DNA of 64,000 nt from assembly GCA_963743915.1 (NCBI GenBank), contig CAVURN010000002.1, positions 544,001 to 608,000 on the forward strand, written 5' to 3'. Source of the DNA: an uncultured Actinomycetota bacterium (GTDB lineage Bacteria > Actinomycetota > Actinomycetes > JAHEKZ01). Every line of letters begins with the position of its first letter. The first letter of the stretch is position 1. Made by a program: the position numbers and the translations under genes. Positions 1 to 11,216 of this stretch are shown one piece after another. The notes beneath the pieces are model-generated. The model did not search any database, was not told the origin of the DNA, and worked only from the letters and a program-made list of their open reading frames with translations.

Positions 1-1017
1 TACCTCCGGGTCGAGCAGCGCCAGACCGATGCCGGTGCGCAACGTCGGGGAGAACGTTCCGCTGGTCACCGTCCCGATCACGCGTGACGCATCGGTGGAC
101 TTGACCTCCATGTGCGGACGCGGGATGCCGCGGTCGTTGGCCCGCAGCCCGAGCAGCCGACGGCGCGGACCGGCCTCCTTCTCCGCGAGCAGCACGGGGC
201 GCCCGACGAACTGCGGCTTGCTCCATCCCACCGCCCACCCGGCGCGCGCCTGCACCGGCGAGATCGTCGGCGAGAGGTCCTGGCCGTGCAGGGGATACCC
301 CATCTCGGTCCGCAGCGTGTCCCTCGCACCCAGCCCCGCGGGCCTGCCTCCCGCGTCGGCGACCGCGGCGGCAGCGGCGTCCCAGAGCGCCGGCGTCGCG
401 TCCCAGGTGGGAAGCAGCTCGTACCCGCGTTCGCCCGTGTAGCCGGTGCGGCAGACGATCAGCGGGGTGCCGTCGAAGGTCGTCTCGACGAACGCCATGT
501 ACTCGAAGGCATGGGGCAGTCCCAGCGTCGCCATCACGTCGTCGGCACGCGGACCCTGCACCGCCAGCACCCCGTACTGCGTGTGCTGGTCCTCGATGGT
601 GATCCCGACCGCTGCGGCAGCCCGGAGCACCCCGATGACCTCGGCGGTGTTCGCGGCATTCGGCACCGAGAACACGTCGTCGTCGGCACGCAGGTAGACG
701 ATCAGGTCGTCGACGACTCCGCCCGCCGGGTTGCAGAGCATCGAGTACTGCGCCTGGCCGACGTCGATCCGGGCCAGGTCGTTGGTCAGCTGAGAGTTGA
801 CGAAGTCGCGCGCCCCTGCGCCGCTCACCCGCATCTTGCCGAGGTGCGAGACGTCGAACAGCCCGACCGCTTCACGCACGGCGGCGTGCTCCTTCAGCAC
901 TCCACCACCGGGGTACTCGATGGGCATCTCCCAGCCCCCGAAATCGGCCATCTTGGCGCCGAGGGCGACGTGACGGTCGTGCAGCGGCGAGTGTCGGAGC
1001 GGGACGGAGGAGGTCAT
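1..1017 (-). CDS. gcvT: Glycine cleavage system aminomethyltransferase T (3' end runs off the window)
   Basis: Manual translation from ATG at 1017: [35 protein letters not shown]...[10 protein letters not shown]...[12 protein letters not shown]...[21 protein letters not shown]. Not in the ORF track because the stop lies outside the window. Confidence 0.95.
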   Translation of the reverse strand, partial: MTSSVPLRHSPLHDRHVALGAKMADFGGWEMPIEYPGGGVLKEHAAVREAVGLFDVSHLGKMRVSGAGARDFVNSQLTNDLARIDVGQAQYSMLCNPAGGVVDDLIVYLRADDDVFSVPNAANTAEVIGVLRAAAAVGITIEDQHTQYGVLAVQGPRADDVMATLGLPHAFEYMAFVETTFDGTPLIVCRTGYTGERGYELLPTWDATPALWDAAAAAVADAGGRPAGLGARDTLRTEMGYPLHGQDLSPTISPVQARAGWAVGWSKPQFVGRPVLLAEKEAGPRRRLLGLRANDRGIPRPHMEVKSTDASRVIGTVTSGTFSPTLRTGIGLALLDPEV

Positions 1018-1101
1018 GCCCGGACGCTACCGCCTGACGCCGCACTAGGGTGGTCGAGCCACCACGAGGGGCACGTCGGCCCCGACGCATCCGGAGGACC
1101 T

Positions 1102-2614
1102 GTGACGTCGATCGAGCTCAGCAGCGCCAACCCCGCCCGTGTCCGTTCGACAGCCGTCGTCGTCGGCGTCCTGAAGAAGGGTGACAGCATCCGGCTGGCC
1201 CCAGGGGCGACGCCGGTCGGCACCGCCTACGGCCGAACCCTGACCCGAGCGCTCACCAGCCTCGGCGCGACCGGGGACACGGGTCAGGTGACCCGCGTGC
1301 CCAAGGCCGGTTCCGTCGCCGCCCCCGTGCTGATCGCCGTCGGGCTCGGCGAGCAGGTGCCGGACGCCGAGGGCCTGCGTCGGGCAGCGGGCGAGGCCGT
1401 CCGGGCCGCCGCCGGTATGGAGAGCCTGACCCTCGCCCTCCCCGCCGACTCGATGGAGAACCTGCAGGCGGTCGCGGAGGGTGCGCTCTTCGGCGCATAC
1501 GCGTTCCACACCTACCGCAAGAAGTCCGCCGAGGGGCACAAGGCGCCCGTCAAGAACGTCACCGTCACCACCAGCCTCGCTTCCGACAAGGACGCCGCAA
1601 CGGCCGTCACCAACGCGAAGGCACTGGCGAAGGCCCTCCACCTCACCCGCGACCTGATCAACACCGCACCCTCGGACCTCACGCCGGCCGCTTTCGCCGA
1701 CGCCGCCGTCTCGGCCTGCCGCTCACTGAAGCTCGACGTGGAGGTGCTCGACGAGCAGGAGCTGCGCAAGGGCAAGTACGGCGGCCTCATCGGCGTCGGC
1801 CAGGGTTCGGCCAACCCCCCACGCCTCGTCCGCATCGCGTACCGGCACCCGAAGGCGTCGCGTCACCTTGCGTTCGTGGGCAAGGGCATCACCTTCGACT
1901 CCGGCGGCATCTCGATCAAGCCGGCCGCAGGGATGGACGCCATGAAGAGCGACATGAGCGGTGCCGCCGCGGTGCTCGGCGCGATGACCGCGATCGCCCG
2001 GCTCAAGCCCGAGGTGAACGTCACCGGTTACATGGCCATGGCCGAGAACATGCCGTCAGGCGCTGCTCAGCGGCCCAGCGACGTCATCACCATCCGGGGC
2101 GGCCGTACCGTCGAGGTGCTCAACACCGACGCCGAGGGCCGGCTCGTCCTCGCGGACGCCATCGTGCGGGCGGGTGAGGACAAGGCCGACACCATCGTCG
2201 ACGTCGCCACCCTCACCGGCGCTGCGATGGTCGCCCTCGGCACCCGGACGGCCGGGATCATGGCCAACGACGACGACTTCCGCAGTCACGTCCACGACGT
2301 CGCCACGGAGGTCGGCGAGCAGATGTGGCCGATGCCGCTGCCCCCCGAGCTCCGCAAGTCCATGGACTCCAAGGTCGCCGACATCGCCAACCTGGGAGAC
2401 CGCTACGGCGGCATGCTCGACCGCCGGCCTCTTCCTCCAGGAGTTCGTGCCCGACGGTGTCCGCTGGGCCCACCTCGACATCGCCGGACCGGCCTTCCAC
2501 GAGGGCGAGCCCTTCGGCTACACGCCCAAGGGAGGCACCGGAGCGGCGATGCGCACCCTGGTCGGACTCGCCGAGCGGGCCGGCGCGCCGGACGTCGGGG
2601 ACGCGGACGACTGA
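1102..2614 (+). CDS. pepA: Leucyl aminopeptidase (M17), +1 frameshift near 2419
   Basis: [19 protein letters not shown] and [12 protein letters not shown] motifs. The C-terminus TAGLFLQEF...WAHLDIAG continues in the ORF ending at 2614. GGAGG RBS precedes GTG 1102. Confidence 0.93.
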
Positions 2615-2745
2615 CCCAGGACTGCTCCGGGTGGGTGGAGGTGGCCCACCATGACTAGTCCGACCGGGTGAGACCGGACCACGGGCAGTAACGACGTCGC
2701 TACCGTCGGAGACGAACGGGTATCCACCCGATCTCCGGAGGCGTC

Positions 2746-3597
2746 GTGACCCCGCAGCTGCACCCCACCCTCTCGGCCGTCCTGGGCAAAGCCAAGGTCG
2801 GCGGACTCGTCCTTGCCGCCACCGTCCTGGTGGCAGGCACGGCGGAAGCGGCCACGGGGTCCGACCTCTTCGGCGACGATCCGGCTCCGGTGGTGCAGGA
2901 GGACGGCACCACCGACCCGGTGACCGACCCCTGCGTCACCCCACCGGACGACGACACCGACCCGGTCGTGGAGGAGCCGGTCGACGGCGACCCCGCCGAC
3001 GTCACCGGGACCGATGAGCCTGTCACCGAGCCCACCGACGACGGCACGGTCGACCCGTGCGAGGAGCCGGTCGACGACGGCACCACCGAGTGCGACGAGC
3101 CAGTGGTCGACGACGGCACGGTCGACGAGCCAGTGGTCGACGACGGCACGGTCGACCCGTCGCGAGGAGCCGGTCGACGACGGGACGGACGACGGTGAGG
3201 ATGACGGCACCGTCGACGACGGGACCGACGAGCAGCCGGTGGACGAGGCCTGCGCCACCGCCCGCAATCACGGCGAGTACGTGTCCGGTGTCGCCCACGA
3301 GACCCCGCCCGGCCCCGGCCACGGTGCTGCAGTCAGCGAAGCTGCCCGCAGCGACTGCGGCAAGAAGGGCGCCTCCGACGCGGCGACGACGATGGTGCGG
3401 ACGCCACAGCGAAGGACACCGACGGCGGCTCCGCCCATGTGCCTCCGGGACAGGCGAAGAAGGACGACACCTCTGGTGATGCCGGTGCTCCGTCCAGTGC
3501 GCCGGGCAACAGCGGTAACGCCCCAGGACACTCCGGTGACAGCTCCAGCGGCGGCGCACCGGGCAACAGCGGTAACGCCCCAGGACACAACAAGTGA
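2746..3597 (+). CDS. Secreted acidic low-complexity repeat protein (two compensating indels, ~3160 and ~3390)
   Basis: Signal-peptide-like N-terminus (GGLVLAATVLVAGTAEA), EPV(V)DDGT repeats, then NHGEYVS, PPGQAKK and APGNSGNAPGH repeats. It returns to the start frame and stops at TGA 3595-3597. Confidence 0.65.
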
Positions 3598-3726
3598 CGA
3601 CCCCGACCAGCAACCGACCCTGAGAGGAGACCCTTCCCGCTCCCGGCGCCCGATCCCCCGCCCCCCTCAGTAGCGCCGGGCCGGTGCCCCCCGCACCGAG
3701 TAGTGGCCCTTCCCTCGCCACTGCAT

Positions 3727-3758
3727 CGATGGCCCCTCCGATTCGGACGGGGCCATCG
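3727..3758. terminator. Hairpin between convergent genes, probable terminator
   Basis: cgatggcccctccg-att-cggacggggccatcg (one bulge). Confidence 0.55.
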
Positions 3759-3763
3759 CTGCG

Positions 3764-4063
3764 TCAGCCGCCAGGTGTCCAGTCGCGCATGCGCTTGGGG
3801 TACCCCATGAGCGTCACGTCGTAGCAGGGGATGCCCTGGCCGTGCGCCCAGGTGAAGGCGGTCTGCGCGTCAGGAACCGCGCGACGCGTCCACTCTCCGT
3901 CAGCGGCCACGAGCACCACGGTGGTGGCGGTCACCGCTGTTTGCGGCTCGACGTAGGCCTCGACGCCGCGACGGGTGCGGACGAACTCCTCCAGGTACTT
4001 GCGGTCCTCGGACCTGCTGGACCCTGTCGAGCCGGAGGCACGCCGACGGGGGAGCCACTTCAC
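3764..4063 (-). CDS. Conserved actinobacterial small protein (often labelled oxidoreductase), divergent from lpdA
   Basis: RRGVEAYVEPQT...VVLVAADGEWTRR...YDVTLMGYPKRMRDW pattern; typical position next to lpd/sucB. Confidence 0.75.
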   Translation of the reverse strand: MKWLPRRRASGSTGSSRSEDRKYLEEFVRTRRGVEAYVEPQTAVTATTVVLVAADGEWTRRAVPDAQTAFTWAHGQGIPCYDVTLMGYPKRMRDWTPGG

Positions 4064-4223
4064 GGTTGCTCACCTCCGATCGGCGCCAGGCCGCGATCGA
4101 CCCTGGCAATGAGTCAACGGTAGCGCCGGAACCGCTCCTGTGACGCCCGGACGCGGTTGTCCCGCGCACGGGGGTAAGTGACAAGATGACAGGAGTCGTT
4201 CCAACGCCCAGAGGAGTTGCCCC

Positions 4224-5600
4224 GTGTCCGAGACCGTCCATGACGTGGTCATCCTCGGAGGCGGCAGCGGCGGGTACGCCTGCGCGCTGCGTGCGTCCCA
4301 GCTCGGGCTCGACGTCGTGCTCATCGAGCAGGGCAAGCTCGGCGGCACCTGCCTGCACCAGGGATGCATCCCCACCAAGGCGCTGCTCCATGCCGCCGAG
4401 GTCGCCGACCTGGCCCGCGAGGGTGAGCAGTTCGGGGTGAGGTCCACCTTCGACGGCATCGACATGGCGGGCGTCAACAAGTACAAGGACGGCGTCGTCT
4501 CGAGGCTGTACAAGGGACTGTCCGGGCTCGTGAAGGGTCGTGGGGTCACGTACGTCGAGGGGTCCGGGCACCTCGTCCGCCCGGACACCGTGGCGGTCGG
4601 CGACACCACGTACACCGGACGCAACGTCGTGCTCGCCACCGGCTCGGTCCCCAAGTCACTGCCGGGCCTGCAGATCGACGGCGCTCGCGTGGTCACCAGC
4701 GACCACGCCCTCACGCTCGACTACGTCCCCCGCTCGGTCGTCGTGCTCGGCGGCGGTGTGATCGGCGTCGAGTTCGCCAGCGTGTGGCGTTCGTTCGGCG
4801 CGGACGTCACGATCGTCGAGGCTCTCCCCCATCTGCTCCCGCTCGAGGACGAGGAGATGTCCAAGCAGATCGAGCGGCAGTTCCGCCGTCGCGGCATCGC
4901 CTACGAGCTCGGTGCGCGGTTCAGCAAGGTCGAGGAGACCGCGTCCGGAGTCGTCGTGCACCTCGAGAGCGGCAAGACGATCGAGGCGGACCTGCTGCTG
5001 GTCGCCGTCGGCCGCGGTCCGGTGTCGTCCGGCCTCGGCTACGAGGACGCCGGTGTCGCGATGGACCGCGGCTACGTCACCGTCGACGGACACTGCCGCA
5101 CCTCGGTGCCCAACGTCTACGCCGTCGGCGACCTCATCCCCACCCCGCAGCTGGCGCACGTCGGTTTCGGTGAGGGCATCTTGGTCGCCGAGCACATCGC
5201 CGGACTCGATCCGCGTCCCATCGACTACGACGGCGTCCCCCGTGTCACCTACAGCGAGCCCGAGGTCGCGTCGGTCGGCCTGACCGAGGCGGCGGCGCGC
5301 GCCAAGTACGGCGACGAGGTCGTCACCGTCAAGTACGACCTCGCCGGGAACGGCAAGAGCCAGATCCTCAAGACCGCCGGTCTCGTCAAGCTGGTCGCCC
5401 GCAAGGACGGCCCGGTCGTCGGCGTGCACATCATCGGCAGCCGCGCAGGTGAGCTGCTCGCCGAAGGCCAGCTCATCTACAACTGGGAGGCCTACGCCGA
5501 CGACGTCGCCACCCTCATCCACGCCCACCCGACTCAGAGCGAAGCCATGGGCGAGGCGCACCTCGCGCTGGCCGGCAAGCCCCTCCACGCCCACTCCTGA
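4224..5600 (+). CDS. lpdA: Dihydrolipoyl dehydrogenase
   Basis: GGGSGG FAD motif, GGTCLHQGCIPTK redox disulfide, C-terminal HAHPTQSE. Confidence 0.97.
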   Translation: MSETVHDVVILGGGSGGYACALRASQLGLDVVLIEQGKLGGTCLHQGCIPTKALLHAAEVADLAREGEQFGVRSTFDGIDMAGVNKYKDGVVSRLYKGLSGLVKGRGVTYVEGSGHLVRPDTVAVGDTTYTGRNVVLATGSVPKSLPGLQIDGARVVTSDHALTLDYVPRSVVVLGGGVIGVEFASVWRSFGADVTIVEALPHLLPLEDEEMSKQIERQFRRRGIAYELGARFSKVEETASGVVVHLESGKTIEADLLLVAVGRGPVSSGLGYEDAGVAMDRGYVTVDGHCRTSVPNVYAVGDLIPTPQLAHVGFGEGILVAEHIAGLDPRPIDYDGVPRVTYSEPEVASVGLTEAAARAKYGDEVVTVKYDLAGNGKSQILKTAGLVKLVARKDGPVVGVHIIGSRAGELLAEGQLIYNWEAYADDVATLIHAHPTQSEAMGEAHLALAGKPLHAHS

Positions 5601-5624
5601 CCACCGCAGAAGGGACACCACGCA

Positions 5625-7410
5625 ATGTCGGTCTCTGTGAAGATGCCCCTGCTCGGCGAGAGCGTCACCGAGGGGACCGTCACGCGGTGGCTGAAGAACG
5701 AGGGTGACCCGGTCTCCAGCGACGAGCCGCTGCTCGAGGTCTCGACCGACAAGGTCGACACCGAGATCCCCGCACCGGCGACCGGCGTGCTGCTGCGCAT
5801 CCTGGCCCACGTCGACGAGACCGTCGCGGTCGGTGCGGAGCTCGCCGTCATCGGTGAGGCGAACGAGGCCCCACTGCGCTCGGAGACCCCCGAGGCCGAG
5901 CCGACCCCCGACAGCGCCCCGGCCGCTGCCCAGAGCGAGGCGACGCCGTCCACGGTCGAGCCGGCTGCACCGGTGGCGGAGCCCGCGGCTGAGACGCCGG
6001 CTGAGCAGGCCGCCGAGCCGGTGGCCGTGCCGGCCCAGGCCGACGCACCCCCGAGCGCACCGACCGGCGGCGGCGCCCCGACATCGGTGGTGCTGCCGGC
6101 TCTCGGTGAGAGCGTCACCGAGGGGACGGTCACGCGCTGGCTGAAGAGCGTGGGTGAGACCGTTGCGGCCGACGAGCCGCTCGTGGAGGTGTCCACCGAC
6201 AAGGTCGACACCGAGATCCCCTCTCCGGTCGCCGGCGTCCTGCTCTCGATCACGGTCGGAGAGGACCAGACAGCCGACGTGGGCGCCGAGCTCGGCGTCA
6301 TCGGTGCCGTCGGCGCCGCCGCCGCAGCTCCTGCCCCCGCGCCGACCCCCGCTCCTCCGCGCAGCGGAGGAGGCGGCGCCACCGCCCGCGCCGCCGCCAG
6401 CACCCGCTCCCCCAGCCCCGGCTGCCGCCCCCGCGCCCGCTGCTGCAGCCCCGCCTGCGGCCGCGGCGTCCAACGGCGCCGACGTCGGGTACGTCACCCC
6501 TCTGGTCCGCAAGCTCGCGGCCGAGTACGCCGTCGACCTCACCACCGTGACGGGAACGGGCGTCGGCGGTCGCATCCGCAAGCAGGACGTCCTCGAGGCC
6601 GCCAAGCTGGTGGCGCAGCAGAAGGCCGCACAGTCGTCCTCGGCGGCATCGAGCACCGCGCCTCGTGCGGCGGCAGCACCCTCGCCGCTGCGTGGGCGCA
6701 CCGAGCCGATGTCGCGACTGCGCAAGGTGATCGCCGAGCGGCTGGTCGAGTCTCTGCAGAGCTCCGCACAGCTCACGACCGTCGTCGAGGTCGACGTGAC
6801 CCGGATCGCCCTGCTGCGCGACCGCGCCAAGGCCGACTTCGCCGAGCGTGAGGGCGTGAAGCTGAGCTTCCTGCCCTTCTTCGCGAAGGCGACGGTGGAA
6901 GCCCTCAAGGTGCACCCCTCGCTCAACGCCAGCATCGACAGCCAGGCGGGCACCGTCACCTACCACGACGTCGAGAACCTCGGCGTCGCCGTCGACACCG
7001 AGCGCGGACTGCTCGTCCCCGTGATCCACTCCGCCGGCGACCTGAACATCGCCGGCCTGGCCAAGCGGATCGCCGACCTCGCGGCGCGGACGCGTTCCAG
7101 CGGCATCTCGCCCGACGAGCTGGCCGGCGGCACCTTCACGCTGACCAACACCGGCAGCAGGGGGGCACTGTTCGACACGCCGATCATCAACCAGCCGCAG
7201 GTGGCGATCCTTGGCACCGGCTCGGTTGTCAAACGTCCGGTCGTCGTCACCGACACCAACGGCGCCGACTCGATCGCGATCCGGTCGATGGTGTTCCTGG
7301 CCCTCACCTACGACCACCGCCTCGTCGACGGCGCAGACGCCGCGCGCTTCCTGCTCACCCTCAAGGAGCGCCTCGAGGAAGGTGCGTTCGACGCCGACCT
7401 CGGCATCTGA
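5625..7410 (+). CDS. sucB: 2-oxo-acid dehydrogenase E2 dihydrolipoamide acyltransferase with two lipoyl domains, +1 frameshift near 6360
   Basis: Two [12 protein letters not shown] lipoyl motifs, [10 protein letters not shown]...[14 protein letters not shown]3-binding domain, catalytic [11 protein letters not shown]. Confidence 0.95.
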
Positions 7411-7458
7411 GGCCGAGCTCGACGGGCGAAACGTCCGGAACCAGGGCACGATGATCAT

Positions 7459-8378
7459 GTGAAGGTTGTCATCACCGGTGCCAGTCGGCCTCATCGGCAG
7501 CGCCTTGCGTCGGTCCCTCGAGGCTGACGGCCACACCGTCCTTCGCCTGGTGCGCCGGGAACCGACCTCGGCCGACGAGGTCCAGTGGGATCCGATCGGG
7601 GGTTCGATCGATGCGGCCGCCCTCGCGGGGGTCGAAGCGGCGGTGCACCTGGCGGGAGCCGGGATCGGTGACCGCCGCTGGAGCGCGTCCTACAAGCGGG
7701 AGATCCGCGACAGCCGGGTGCTGGGGACGCGGACGCTGGCGCGGGCCCTGGCGGGGCTCGACCCCCTGCCCCGGGTCCTCGTCTCGGGGTCTGCCATCGG
7801 CTACTACGGGGACACCGGCGTAGAGGCCGTGGACGAAGAGGCACCTCCCGGCGACGGCTTCCTCGCCCAGGTCGTCGTCGCCTGGGAGGCATCAGCCACC
7901 CCCGCCGCAGAGGCGGGCATCCGCGTCGTCCATCCGCGCAACGGCCTGGTGGTCGCTGGTCGGGGTGGCGCATGGGGCCGTCTCTGGCCGCTCTTCCAGA
8001 TCGGCGCGGGCGGCCGGCTCGGCAACGGCCAGCAGTACTGGAGCTTCGTGTCCCTGCAGGGACGAGGTGCGAGCGCTGCGCAGGATGATCGACGACGAGA
8101 CGATGAACGGCGTGTACAACCTGACCGCCCCGAACCCGGCGACCAACGCGGAGGTGACCGAGGTCATGGGTGAGCTGCTGCACCGGCCGACGTTCGCGCA
8201 CGTGCCGGCGTTCGTGCTGAAGACCGTGCTCGGCGAGATGTCGCAAGAGGTGCTCGGCAGTGCACGTGTGCTGCCGAACCGACTGCTCGAGGCGGGTTTC
8301 ACCTTCGAGGACCCCACGCTGCGCCAGGCTCTCGCCGCGGCCCTCGCTGACCGCCGCGGGGAGCGCGAAGCCTCCTAG
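7459..8378 (+). CDS. TIGR01777-family NAD-dependent epimerase, frameshifts near 7486 and 8060
   Basis: MKVVITGAS/GLIG, VHLAGAGIGDRRW, SAIGYYG, GVYNLTAPNPATNAE, RVLPNRLLEAGFTF. Usual neighbour of sucB. Confidence 0.9.
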
Positions 8379-8753
8379 CCGGCGTCCAGGAACAGCGCAG
8401 GCGGGAGCGGCTCGGCGTCCCGCTGCCTGAGCAGCCACACCAGCAGCTCCCGTCCGGATCGGCGACCGGCGCTCTGCCACGTCAGCGTCGACGCCCACGT
8501 GCCGCGTCCCATCAGCCGACCGAGCCGCAGCAGCGACACCCAGTCGTCGTGCGGCGTCCACGCCGCCGGCGGACGGCACCGGCACGAGCCAGGGACGCCG
8601 CGCCTCGTCGAGCCGGACGTGCGTCGGATGGATGGGGCCGTACGCGGTCCCTCCCGCGTGACGCCGCAGGAGATCCAGGCCGAGACCCCCGACCAGCGTG
8701 ACGACCTGTCCGTCGGTGAGCCCGGGCCCGCGCACGCCCCAGCTGGTGAGCAC
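8375..8753 (-). CDS. Small protein resembling a degenerate protein-kinase C-lobe, +1 frameshift near 8575
   Basis: Joined translation LTDGQVVTLVGGLGLDLLRRHAGGTAYGPIHPTHVRLDEARRPWL...TPHDDWVSLLRLGRLM; GAGGGG upstream of GTG 8753. Confidence 0.5.
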
Positions 8754-8830
8754 CGGCCCAGGATGCCCCTCACCGCTCCCCTCGAACGGCTATCCACATC
8801 TCAGCCCGTGGGGACCTTCTGCGGCATCGG

Positions 8831-10119
8831 GTGGCTGCGCCTACGCTCGCCGTCGTGCCTGCCCTCGATCCCCCCGACGCCGACGTGGTGGTCGTCGGAG
8901 CCGGCATCGCCGGGCTGGTGGCGGCCCACACGCTGGCCGCTGCGCGGTCGCGAGGTGGTGGTGCTCGAGGCGTCCGACGCCGTCGGCGGCCGGGTGCGCA
9001 CGGACCAGGTCGATGGCTACCTGCTCGACCGAGGCTTCCAGCTCTTCAACCCCGCGTACCCCGAGGGTCGACGCCAGCTCGACCACGAGGCGCTGCGGCT
9101 TCGCCCCTTCACGCGCGGCGTCGTCCTGCACCACGACGGACGACGGATACGTCTGGCCGACCCGCGCGAGGTGCCTTCCTGGTCGCTGAACGCCGTGCGA
9201 GCTCCGCTCGGATCACTGCGGCAGCGGGCGGCTCTGGCGAGATACCTGCGCCGCTGTGCGACCGGACGGGCGTCCGAGCTCACCCACCAGCTCGACACCA
9301 CCGCGCGCGTCGCACTGCTGACAGCGGGAGTCGCACCTGCAGCCGTGGACCACGCTCCTGCAGCCGTTCCTCGCCGGTGTCTTCCTCGAGCCGCACCTGC
9401 ACACCTCGCGCCGCTTCCTCGACGTGGTCCTGCGCAGTCTGCTCCGAGGCACCCCGTCGGTTCCGGCGTCCGGCATGCAGGCGATCCCCGAGCAGCTGGC
9501 CGGTCGACTGCCTCCGGGAACCGTCAGGCTCCGGGAGCGCGTGGTGGAGGTGGCCCCACGTGTGGTGCGAACGGAGTCAGCCACCTGGAACGCGCGCGAC
9601 GTCATCGTCGCCACCGACCCGGACACCGCAGGACAGCTGCTGCCCCAGCTGCCGCACCAACCCATGAACGGCGTCACCACCTGGTACCACTCGACCGACG
9701 ACGTCGGGCTGGCCGACGGCCGCCCGGTGCTGCATGTGGACGGCGACCACAGCGGCCCCGTCGTGAACTCCGTCGTGGTGAGCCATGCCGCCCCTGGCTA
9801 CGCACCCGTCGGACGCGCCCTCGTCGCCTCCTCGGTGCTCGGCGTCGACGGACCTTCCGAGGACGAGCCGCTGGTCCGGCGTCATCTCGAGCGCCTGTAC
9901 CGCACGTCGACGCGCGACTGGGAGACCATCGACGTCTACCGCATTCCCGACGCCCTGCCCCAGATGACGCCACCTCACGACTTCCGCCGATCCGTCGTAA
10001 TGGCCGAGGGCTTGTTCGTCGCCGGGGACCACCGCGACAGCGCCTCCCTGCAGGGTGCAATGGTGTCGGGACGCCGAACCGCACAGGCAGTTCTGAGCCG
10101 ACGAGGAGCCACCGCATGA
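8831..10119 (+). CDS. FAD-dependent oxidoreductase (amine oxidase/protoporphyrinogen oxidase-like), frameshifts near 8940 and 9355
   Basis: VVVVGAGIAGL, EASDAVGGRVRTD..DGYLLDRGFQ, C-terminal AGDHRDSASLQGAMVSGRR. Confidence 0.88.
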
Positions 10120-10850
10120 CGACCCGACGCATCCTGGCCACCAGTGGTGGATTCGTCCCCGGCGACCGGTACACGGTGGCCCAGCCGGGGGGGACGATGC
10201 GTCGACTGCTCGCCCTGACCGGCAAGGAGCGGCCGCGGCTGACCTTCGTCATGACGGCGTCCGGCGACGACCGCAGCTACCTGACTCGTTCCTATGCCGC
10301 GTTCCGTGGGTGGAGCGTCGACCTGCACCACCTCGAGCTCTTCTCCATGCCGAACCTCGACCCGCGCGAGGCGATCCTGTCCTCGGACGCGGTGTGGGTC
10401 GGCGGTGGTTCAGTGGCGAACCTGCTCGCGGTGTGGCGCGTCCACGGTGTCGACGAGGTCATGCGCGAGGCCTGGGATGCCGGCGTGGTGCTCGGTGGGG
10501 TCAGCGCCGGGTCGATCTGTTGGCACCAGGGCGGCACGACGGACTCGTTCGGACCGGACCTGCGCGCCGTCACCGACGGCCTGGCCCTGCTGCCCTACGC
10601 GAACGGCGTCCACTACGACTCCGAGGAGCAGCGCCGCCCCTTGCTGCACCGTCTGGTCGGTGACGGCACCCTCGGCACGGCATTCGCCACCGACGACTAC
10701 AGCGGCATCCTCTATGAAGGCACCGAACCGGTCGAGGTGGTCGTCGACCGTGAGCCGTCCTCGGAGAGCAACCCGATGGCCTACCGCGTCGAGCGAAGCG
10801 GAGGCGAGGTCGTCGAGACCCCCCTCCCCCCAGGCCCCATCCGACACTGA
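10116..10850 (+). CDS. Peptidase E (S51 family)
   Basis: ILATSGG, VWVGGGSVANLLAVW, GVSAGSICW, GVHYDSEEQRRP; ATGA overlap with the upstream gene. Confidence 0.9.
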   Translation: MTTRRILATSGGFVPGDRYTVAQPGGTMRRLLALTGKERPRLTFVMTASGDDRSYLTRSYAAFRGWSVDLHHLELFSMPNLDPREAILSSDAVWVGGGSVANLLAVWRVHGVDEVMREAWDAGVVLGGVSAGSICWHQGGTTDSFGPDLRAVTDGLALLPYANGVHYDSEEQRRPLLHRLVGDGTLGTAFATDDYSGILYEGTEPVEVVVDREPSSESNPMAYRVERSGGEVVETPLPPGPIRH

Positions 10851-10851
10851 A

Positions 10852-11211
10852 GCCAAGTGCGGCGCTCAGGCCGAGTGCGCGCGGCAGCCGAGTGCGGCGC
10901 TGGATGATGGCGGAGCCAGTCGAGTGCGCGCGGCAGCCGAGTGCGGCGCTGGATGATGGCGGAGCCAGTCGAGTGCGCGCCGCAAGGCCGAGTGCGGCGC
11001 TGGATGATGGCGGAGCCAGTCGAGTGCGCGCAGCGCACTCGACGCAGCGGAGCGTCATCCAGCACCGCACTCGGCAAGCCTTGACGTCCACCAGCACCGC
11101 ACTCGGCAAGCCTTGACGTCCACCAGCACCGCACTCGGCGGGCCTTGACGTCCACCAGCACCGCACTCGGCGAGCCTTGACGTCCACCAGCACCGCACTC
11201 GGCGGGCCTTG
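10852..11211. repeat. Two-part inverted tandem repeat array (REP/BIME-like)
   Basis: About 3 copies of a 49-51 bp unit (starts 10887, 10936, 10987), then 5 copies of a 32 bp unit (starts 11059, 11091, 11123, 11155, 11187). Both carry the core GCCGAGTGCGGYGCTGG, in opposite orientations. Confidence 0.92.
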
Positions 11212-11216
11212 TGCGC

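Noticed and set aside
6340-6380. Programmed frameshifting in sucB (and at the other broken genes)
   Set aside because: No slippery heptamer or shared context at the sites, and the same kind of indel hits many unrelated genes.
4656-6959. Long antisense or alternate-frame ORFs (this 767 aa ORF, also 47373..49262, 59863..61374, 11590..13209 and many more)
   Set aside because: Shadow ORFs expected in ~70% GC DNA. They overlap well-supported genes and show no family motifs.
8790-8798. DnaA-box-like CTATCCACA (also AAATCCACA near 56077)
   Set aside because: Isolated mismatched copies with no cluster or AT-rich unwinding region; not an origin.
8499-10850. 783 aa oxidoreductase-peptidase E fusion suggested by the ORF track
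   Set aside because: Artefact of indels. Peptidase E has its own RBS and ATG at 10116, overlapping the oxidoreductase stop.
10852-11211. CRISPR array
   Set aside because: Units are contiguous tandem copies with no unique spacers, the two arms are inverted, and there are no cas genes in the window.
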